Positions 58,587 through 64,000 of a DNA stretch of 64,000 nucleotides are shown here, one piece after another; positions within the stretch are counted from its first letter, which is position 1, and the number at the start of each line of letters is the position of its first letter. Under the pieces are notes generated by a model. That model ran no database searches. It saw only the letters and a list, made by a program, of their open reading frames with translations, and had not been told where the DNA came from. The translations under genes were made by a program, and so were the position numbers. Source of the DNA: an uncultured Nitrospiraceae bacterium (GTDB taxonomy: Bacteria; Nitrospirota; Nitrospiria; Nitrospirales; Nitrospiraceae); NCBI GenBank assembly GCA_963846575.1, contig CAWJWJ010000002.1, forward strand, positions 2,272,001 through 2,336,000. The letters are read 5' to 3'.

Positions 58587-59944
58587 CACGATTGTCGACT
58601 CGACATCTCCCCCGATCGATCCACCGGGTCGGATTCCGTGGCACCCGCGCCGGGGAGCAGGGTCGCGATGACATCTGCGGTGCGCCGGAGCGCCCCCTGG
58701 TTGTTCGCCACGACCTGTTGCGCGGACTGCCCCATTCGTCGCAAGCCATCCGGGTCGCGCAACAGCTCCCGCAAGGTGTGCGCAAGGTCCTGTCCGTCCT
58801 TCACCATTCGGCCACCCTGGGCGTTCGACAATAACGTCGCCACCTCGGCACAGTGATCGGTATGGGGACCGAACAGGACCGGTATGCCCCACAGCGCGGG
58901 TTCCAGAAGATTGTGACCTCCTATGGGCACCAGGGTGCCGCCCACAAAACCCATCAGGGCTTCGCGATAAAGCAGGGCCAGTTCGCCGCGCGTATCCAAT
59001 ACCAGCACCCGCGGGCCGCTCCCCGCCATCTGTCCCTTGTCAGTCCGGCTGCGAAGCGACACCGGAAGCCCCTTGCCGCGCACCATCTGCTCGACCTGCG
59101 CCGCCCGTTCGACATGGCGGGGCGCGAGCACCAGCAGGAGATGCGGAAACTCGGTGGCAAGCGACTGATACGCATGCACTATCGCCTCTTCCTCGCCGGG
59201 ATGCGTGCTCCCCGCCACCAGCAATTCCTCCCGCTCGTTCAAACCCAGGATGACCCTCGAGAGACTGCTGCCATCACCCCTCACCTGCGGAACCGGCTGG
59301 TCGAATTTGATATTGCCGGTGCACCGGACCCGTGACGGCTCCGCTCCCAGCGCGATCATGCGCTGGGCATCCCGCTCGGATTGCATGAGGCAGCAGCTGA
59401 TCATGTTGAGCATCGTGCGATAGAACCCCCGGATCACCGGCAGGCGCTGCCGCTCGAATGAACGGGTGGACAGCCGCCCATTCACGAGAATCGAGGGTAT
59501 ACGACGCCGCCGTAAACTCCGCAGGAGATTCGGCCAGAGTTCCGTCTCGACGAAGACGTACAAGGCGGGCTCAAGCCGGTCGATCACCTGGTTGACGACC
59601 CAGGGAAAATCCAGCGGCGCATATCGATGTTCGGCCACTCCCTCCAGGCGCTGCTCGACCGCTTCGCGGCCGGTCTCCGTCACGGTTGAGACGATCAATC
59701 GTGCCTCGGGATAACGCTCGCGCAGCTCGCGGACGAGCGGTGCCACCGCCACGACTTCTCCCAGTGACACCGCATGAATCCAGATGACGCGGCCGGCGGG
59801 GCCGGCCGGCCGGCGGCGAGGCGGCTCCGCCACCAGTCCCAACCGCTGCGGAAGCCCCCGGCGACAACGCTGCTTAGCCAGAAGGACGAGAAGAATAACC
59901 GGCGACACCAGAAGCAGAAGGCAATTATAGAGCAGATACCACAT
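58586..59944 (-). CDS. waaA: 3-deoxy-D-manno-octulosonic acid (Kdo) transferase
   Basis: IWIHAVSLGE, ETELWPN, GNIKFD, GSTHPGEE, APRH and GGHNLLEPA motifs. Confidence 0.96.
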   Translation of the reverse strand: MWYLLYNCLLLLVSPVILLVLLAKQRCRRGLPQRLGLVAEPPRRRPAGPAGRVIWIHAVSLGEVVAVAPLVRELRERYPEARLIVSTVTETGREAVEQRLEGVAEHRYAPLDFPWVVNQVIDRLEPALYVFVETELWPNLLRSLRRRRIPSILVNGRLSTRSFERQRLPVIRGFYRTMLNMISCCLMQSERDAQRMIALGAEPSRVRCTGNIKFDQPVPQVRGDGSSLSRVILGLNEREELLVAGSTHPGEEEAIVHAYQSLATEFPHLLLVLAPRHVERAAQVEQMVRGKGLPVSLRSRTDKGQMAGSGPRVLVLDTRGELALLYREALMGFVGGTLVPIGGHNLLEPALWGIPVLFGPHTDHCAEVATLLSNAQGGRMVKDGQDLAHTLRELLRDPDGLRRMGQSAQQVVANNQGALRRTADVIATLLPGAGATESDPVDRSGEMSSRQS

Positions 59945-60665
59945 CACGGACCGGCCCGCAGGACCGCCGCGTCGGCCTCGATCGTCATGCGGTTCAGGGT
60001 GTCTTCCAACTCCCGGCGATACCGCTCCAGGTCGTCAGGGGACGAGTCGGATGGAACGCTGATGGGAGCCCCGTAGTGGATGCAGGCTCGCGTGAAGGGA
60101 TACGGCATGATGAAGCGGTCCCAGCTCGCAAAGAGTTTTTTTTTGAGCAACCGAACGCCATGGGGACGATCGGCAAGGCGGTTGCTCTGGCCAGTTGCAC
60201 GACGCCGATTTTCGCGATCTGGCGCGGCCCCTTCGGGCCGTCGGGCGTCAGGACCAGATTGTACCCCGAGCGGCCGAGACGGATCAGCTTCCGAAGCGCC
60301 TCCGCCCCTCCTCTGGTGCTGGAGCCGCGGACTGCATCCAGGCCGAATCGCGCCACGATGCGCCGGATCATTTCCCCATCGCGGTGCTGGCTGATCAGCA
60401 CATGGGCCTCCAGCCCGGGAAATCCCAACGGCATCATGAGTTGCTGAGCATGCCAGAACGCCAGAATCACCCGTTGCCCCTGGGCCATGTTCCGGGACAG
60501 TTCCTCCAGCCCTTCGATGCGTAGCGTCATGGTCCGACCCAGGAGCCGGATCACCTGATAGCCCACGGGCGGAACCACCGCGACCTTGAGGGCATTCGTC
60601 ACACGCTTCATCAGCGCCGGTTGCGGAGGGGTGGCAGAGGGATCGTTCGTCATCGCACTACTCAT
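59944..60665 (-). CDS. DUF374 / LpxJ-like lipid A late acyltransferase, encoded in two frames joined at an A9 run (60136-60144)
   Basis: Frame 0 has AFWH, ISQHRDGE, VRGSSTRGG and TPDGPKGP. The -1 frame has KKKLFASWDRFIMPYPF and ends in a TGATG overlap with waaA. Joined product about 240 aa. Confidence 0.82.
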
Positions 60666-60682
60666 GACGCCTCGCGTTGTCG

Positions 60683-62419
60683 TTATTCGAGACTCACATC
60701 GGCAAACTGCATGGCATGCAATCGCCTGTACATGCCGCCCTTCCGGAGCAACTCGTCATGCGACCCGACTTCGACCACGGTGCCGCGATCCAGGACCACA
60801 ATACGATCGGCATTTTGAATCGTGGACAGCCGGTGCGCGACCACCAATGTCGTCCGGTTTTTCATCAGATTGGCCAGCGCCATCTGGACGATCCGCTCCG
60901 ACTGCGTGTCCAGGGCCGAGGTCGCTTCATCCAAAATCAACAGCGGCGGGTCGCGGAGAATGGCCCGCGCAATCGCCAGGCGCTGGCGTTCGCCGCCCGA
61001 CAGTTTGAGCCCCCGCTCGCCGATGAGGGTGTCATATCCATTCGGCATGCGGACGATGAAATCATGCGCGTAGGCCAGCTGTGCGGCACGCATGACGTCT
61101 TCCGGCGTGGCGCCCTGCCGTCCATATCCGATGTTGTTGCGGACGGTGTCGTCGAATAACACGACCTCCTGGGAGACGATTCCGATCTGCCCGCGCACGG
61201 AGCGCAACGTGCAGGCGCGAAGGTCCACCCCGTCGATCAGAATCTGCCCGCCGGTCGGATCGTAAAATCTCGGCAGCAGGCTCACCAGGGTGGTTTTTCC
61301 GCTTCCGCTGCTGCCCACGAACGCAATGACCTCCCCTGCACGGATCGTCAGGTCGATACCGGTCAACGCGGCATCGGTCTGGCCATCATACCGGAACGCC
61401 ACCTGGCGAAACTCAAGGGAGCGGGAAATCGACGGCAGATCTGTCTGCCCACCAACGGCATCCTGTTCGGACGGCAGATCGAGCACTTCGAAGACCCGTT
61501 CGGCAGCCGCGAGCGCCTGCTGAACCGTGTTGTTGGCGCCTGAGAGCCTTCGAATCGGCGTGTACGCCATGAACATGGCGGCCAGAAACGAGAAAAACGC
61601 GCCGGGCGTCATCTCATCGTGGATGACCAGAAAGCCGCCGTACCAGATGATCCCTGCGATCCCGAGCACACCGATCACTTCCATGTGGGAGGAGCCCAGG
61701 GAGGAGACCTGAATGGCTTTCATCGTCGTGTGAATGAAGGCCTCGTTGCTGTGCCGGAACCGTGAGGTTTCCTCCCCCTCCCGTCCGAACGACTTCACCA
61801 TCCTGATACCGGCCATCGTCTCCTGAAGGGTCGAGGCCATATCGCCCATGCGCTCCTGCCCGCGCGTCGCAAGGCTCCGGAGTCGTTGCCCCATCCGCAC
61901 CATCGTGATCACGGAGAGCGGAACGACGATCATCGAGACCATGGCGAGTTTCCAGTTTTGATAGACGATCACTCCGATCATCGCCAGGAAGGTGAGGCCC
62001 TGCTGGAACAAATCCTTCAAAACCCCGGCAACGGCGTTGGCCATCAGATTGACGTCATTGATGACGCGCGAGACCAACCGGCCGGAGGTATTGGTGTCGT
62101 GGAAGTGAACCGGCAACTGCACCAGCTTGGAAAAGAGTTGCGCCCTGATGTCGCCGATCACCTGGTTTCCGACGTAGTTCATCAGGTAATTCTGTCCGTA
62201 GTTGAACAGGCCCTTGAGGATCGCGACGGCCAGAATCGCGATAGGGAGCACCAGCAACAGGCTTTCATCCTTGCTGATAAACAGTCCGTCCAGAACCGGT
62301 CGAACCAGCCAGGCATAGGCCGCGGAAAGTCCCGCGACCAGCAACGCACAGAGAAATGCCGCCCCCAATCGAAATCGGTAGGGTTCCAAGTACCTGAGGA
62401 GACGAATGTACTGTTTCAT
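60683..62419 (-). CDS. msbA: Lipid A-core flippase ABC transporter
   Basis: Six-TM domain, Walker A GSSGSGKTT, LSGGERQR, LILDEATSALD and AHRLST motifs; adjacent to lpxB. Confidence 0.92.
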   Translation of the reverse strand: MKQYIRLLRYLEPYRFRLGAAFLCALLVAGLSAAYAWLVRPVLDGLFISKDESLLLVLPIAILAVAILKGLFNYGQNYLMNYVGNQVIGDIRAQLFSKLVQLPVHFHDTNTSGRLVSRVINDVNLMANAVAGVLKDLFQQGLTFLAMIGVIVYQNWKLAMVSMIVVPLSVITMVRMGQRLRSLATRGQERMGDMASTLQETMAGIRMVKSFGREGEETSRFRHSNEAFIHTTMKAIQVSSLGSSHMEVIGVLGIAGIIWYGGFLVIHDEMTPGAFFSFLAAMFMAYTPIRRLSGANNTVQQALAAAERVFEVLDLPSEQDAVGGQTDLPSISRSLEFRQVAFRYDGQTDAALTGIDLTIRAGEVIAFVGSSGSGKTTLVSLLPRFYDPTGGQILIDGVDLRACTLRSVRGQIGIVSQEVVLFDDTVRNNIGYGRQGATPEDVMRAAQLAYAHDFIVRMPNGYDTLIGERGLKLSGGERQRLAIARAILRDPPLLILDEATSALDTQSERIVQMALANLMKNRTTLVVAHRLSTIQNADRIVVLDRGTVVEVGSHDELLRKGGMYRRLHAMQFADVSLE

Positions 62420-63549
62420 AGATGACACTCGGCGAGCACCGCCTCCGCCGCGCGGCGCGAGGCGCCCGGGGTGCCCAGGGCCTGCCGTACCGAGACCAGC
62501 GCGGCCTGCATGTCCTGGTAGGCACGGGAATCCGCCAGCAACCGTTCCGTCTCTTGCACGAGCCGCTCCGGCGTCGCCTCATCGTGAATGAGCTCCGGCA
62601 CGATCCCTCGCCCCGCGACCAGGTTCGCGAGTCCGATCCAGGGCACCCGGATCAGGAGACGTGCCAGCCGGTACGTGATCCAGGAGGGGGCTCGATAGAA
62701 CAGGATCATCGGGGTCCCCACGACCGCCGCCTGCAGCGTGGACGTGCCGGACTTGACGACAAGAAGGTCCGAGGCGGCCATGACTTCGCTGGCCTGATTC
62801 CGTACGACTCGGATGGGAACCTGATTGTCCCGCATCAGTTCGCTCAGGAATTGATCCTGGACTGTCGAGGCCTGTGCCAGGATAAACTGCATCGCGGGAT
62901 GCCGTTCCGCGAGACGCTTCACCGTGGCCAGCAACAGCGGCATGTGTTCCTTCAGTTCTCCCTTGCGACTGCCGGGAAAGAGCCCGATGACCGGACCAGC
63001 CTGCGACAAACCGAACTCCCGCCGCAAGGCCTCCCGGTCGTAGGCCGGGGCCACCTCGTCCAGAATGGGATTGCCGACGAACGTACAACGGACACCCGCC
63101 TGCGTATAGAGTGGCGCCTCGAACGGAAGAATCGCAAGCACATGATCCACGCGCTGTTGGATCCAGCGCATACGCCCTCTACGCCAGGCCCACAGTTGCG
63201 GCGCAATGTAGTAGAGCACCTTGAGCCCGCAGGCCTTGGCCACCCGTGCGAAGTGAAAGTTCAGGCCGGGATTGTCGATCAGGACGACGAGATCCCAGCG
63301 CTCCCCCTTGATCAATTGCCTGATTCTGGCAATCCGCTTCAGCATCGTTCGCACCGCCGACAAGCCGATCAGTCCCATCACGTCGAGTTGCGGGATATCC
63401 TGCACCAGTTCCGCGCCGGCCGCCTGCATCGATGCTCCGCCAACGCCGACCACCCGCAAGGAAGGAGAGAGGGTTTTCAGCGCCTTGACCAGATGCGCCC
63501 CGTGCAGATCACCCGAAGCCTCTCCGGTCACGATTAGGATGCGTGGCAT
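62416..63549 (-). CDS. lpxB: Lipid-A-disaccharide synthase
   Basis: GEASGDLHG, IDNPGLN, YYIAPQLWAWR, ILPFE, PGSR, SGTSTL and VPELIH motifs. Confidence 0.96.
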   Translation of the reverse strand: MPRILIVTGEASGDLHGAHLVKALKTLSPSLRVVGVGGASMQAAGAELVQDIPQLDVMGLIGLSAVRTMLKRIARIRQLIKGERWDLVVLIDNPGLNFHFARVAKACGLKVLYYIAPQLWAWRRGRMRWIQQRVDHVLAILPFEAPLYTQAGVRCTFVGNPILDEVAPAYDREALRREFGLSQAGPVIGLFPGSRKGELKEHMPLLLATVKRLAERHPAMQFILAQASTVQDQFLSELMRDNQVPIRVVRNQASEVMAASDLLVVKSGTSTLQAAVVGTPMILFYRAPSWITYRLARLLIRVPWIGLANLVAGRGIVPELIHDEATPERLVQETERLLADSRAYQDMQAALVSVRQALGTPGASRRAAEAVLAECHL

Positions 63550-63588
63550 ATCACTCGTTTCATGGGGCGGACCGGCGGCCGGATCCTG

Positions 63589-64000
63589 TCAGAGGTTCTC
63601 CCGGGCAAGTCCCGGTTCAGACCCGCCTTCCGCCTGGTGGCGGCCGGTGAATTGACCGATGGCCTCCAACACGCGCGTCGCCAGATTGAGTGCTGCCTCG
63701 CCATCCTCTCCTGACACGACAGGACGCGATCCGCTCGCGACCGCATGAATAAACGCGTCCAGTTCGAGGCGCAACGGCTCGTCGTCGCCGGCCTGAAAGG
63801 TTTCGACGTCGATCGTCGGCCGAGTCCCCTTGTCGTGCATGCGGCGGGACACCATCGACTGGCGCGTCTGGAAATCGATGGAGACATACCGGTCGCGTTG
63901 AAAGACCCGCAAGCGGCGCATCTTGTTCGTTGACACGCGGCTGGCCGTCACGTTTGCAACACATCCGCTGGCAAAGGCGATGCGCGCGTTGGCGATATCG
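63589..64000 (-). CDS. Gfo/Idh/MocA oxidoreductase, GnnA-like; 3' part only
   Basis: Open from the window edge: DIANARIAFASGCVANVTASRVS.NKMRRLRVFQ..YVSIDF...EPLRLELDAF...PVVSGEDG; lies immediately upstream of lpxB. Confidence 0.78.
   Translation of the reverse strand, partial: DIANARIAFASGCVANVTASRVSTNKMRRLRVFQRDRYVSIDFQTRQSMVSRRMHDKGTRPTIDVETFQAGDDEPLRLELDAFIHAVASGSRPVVSGEDGEAALNLATRVLEAIGQFTGRHQAEGGSEPGLARENL

Noticed and set aside
47639..58892. Long N-terminal extensions in the ORF track (e.g. 47639-49114, 55817-57736, 57504-58892; also 21649-22926, 14867-16324, 44543-45652)
   Set aside because: They overlap upstream genes; internal starts with RBS or stop-start overlaps match where family homology begins.

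Overview
This window is one continuous cell-envelope glycan locus in a GC-rich Gram-negative bacterium; gene content and order suggest Nitrospira/Nitrospirota (inference). About 50 genes are present and all but one lie on the minus strand. In transcription order (right to left): (1) lipid A/Kdo/inner-core genes (gnnA-like oxidoreductase, lpxB, msbA, a DUF374/LpxJ-like acyltransferase split at an A9 run, waaA, lpxK, a waaF-gmhB fusion, waaC); (2) outer-core glycosyltransferases and an LTA-synthase-family transferase; (3) lhgO and rfbA/B/D; (4) an O-antigen ligase and gmd, both heavily frameshifted, then intact fcl; (5) a sulfation block (asnB, heparinase II/III-like, cysC, wzx, rfbE-like, GT4, methyltransferase, sulfotransferase); (6) a nonulosonic-acid block (neuA/B/C, epimerase, KpsS-like protein, second asnB); (7) three alternating methyltransferase/glycosyltransferase pairs; (8) a Wzy/WaaL-GT4 fusion, second flippase, GT4 and wcaJ-like initiating transferase; (9) a KdsC-like phosphatase, manC and partial manB. 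I found no rRNA, tRNA, CRISPR array or mobile element. The best leads are the slippage-type A9 split in the LpxJ-like gene, the polymerase/ligase-GT4 fusion, a predicted sulfated, methylated, amidated nonulosonate-containing polymer, and a structured intergenic region at about 39.0-39.3 kb with a sequestered Shine-Dalgarno. Dense frameshifts at 36.4-38.2 kb suggest local sequencing error, so all split genes need checking against raw reads. Product calls rest on motif recognition by eye, not on database searches.
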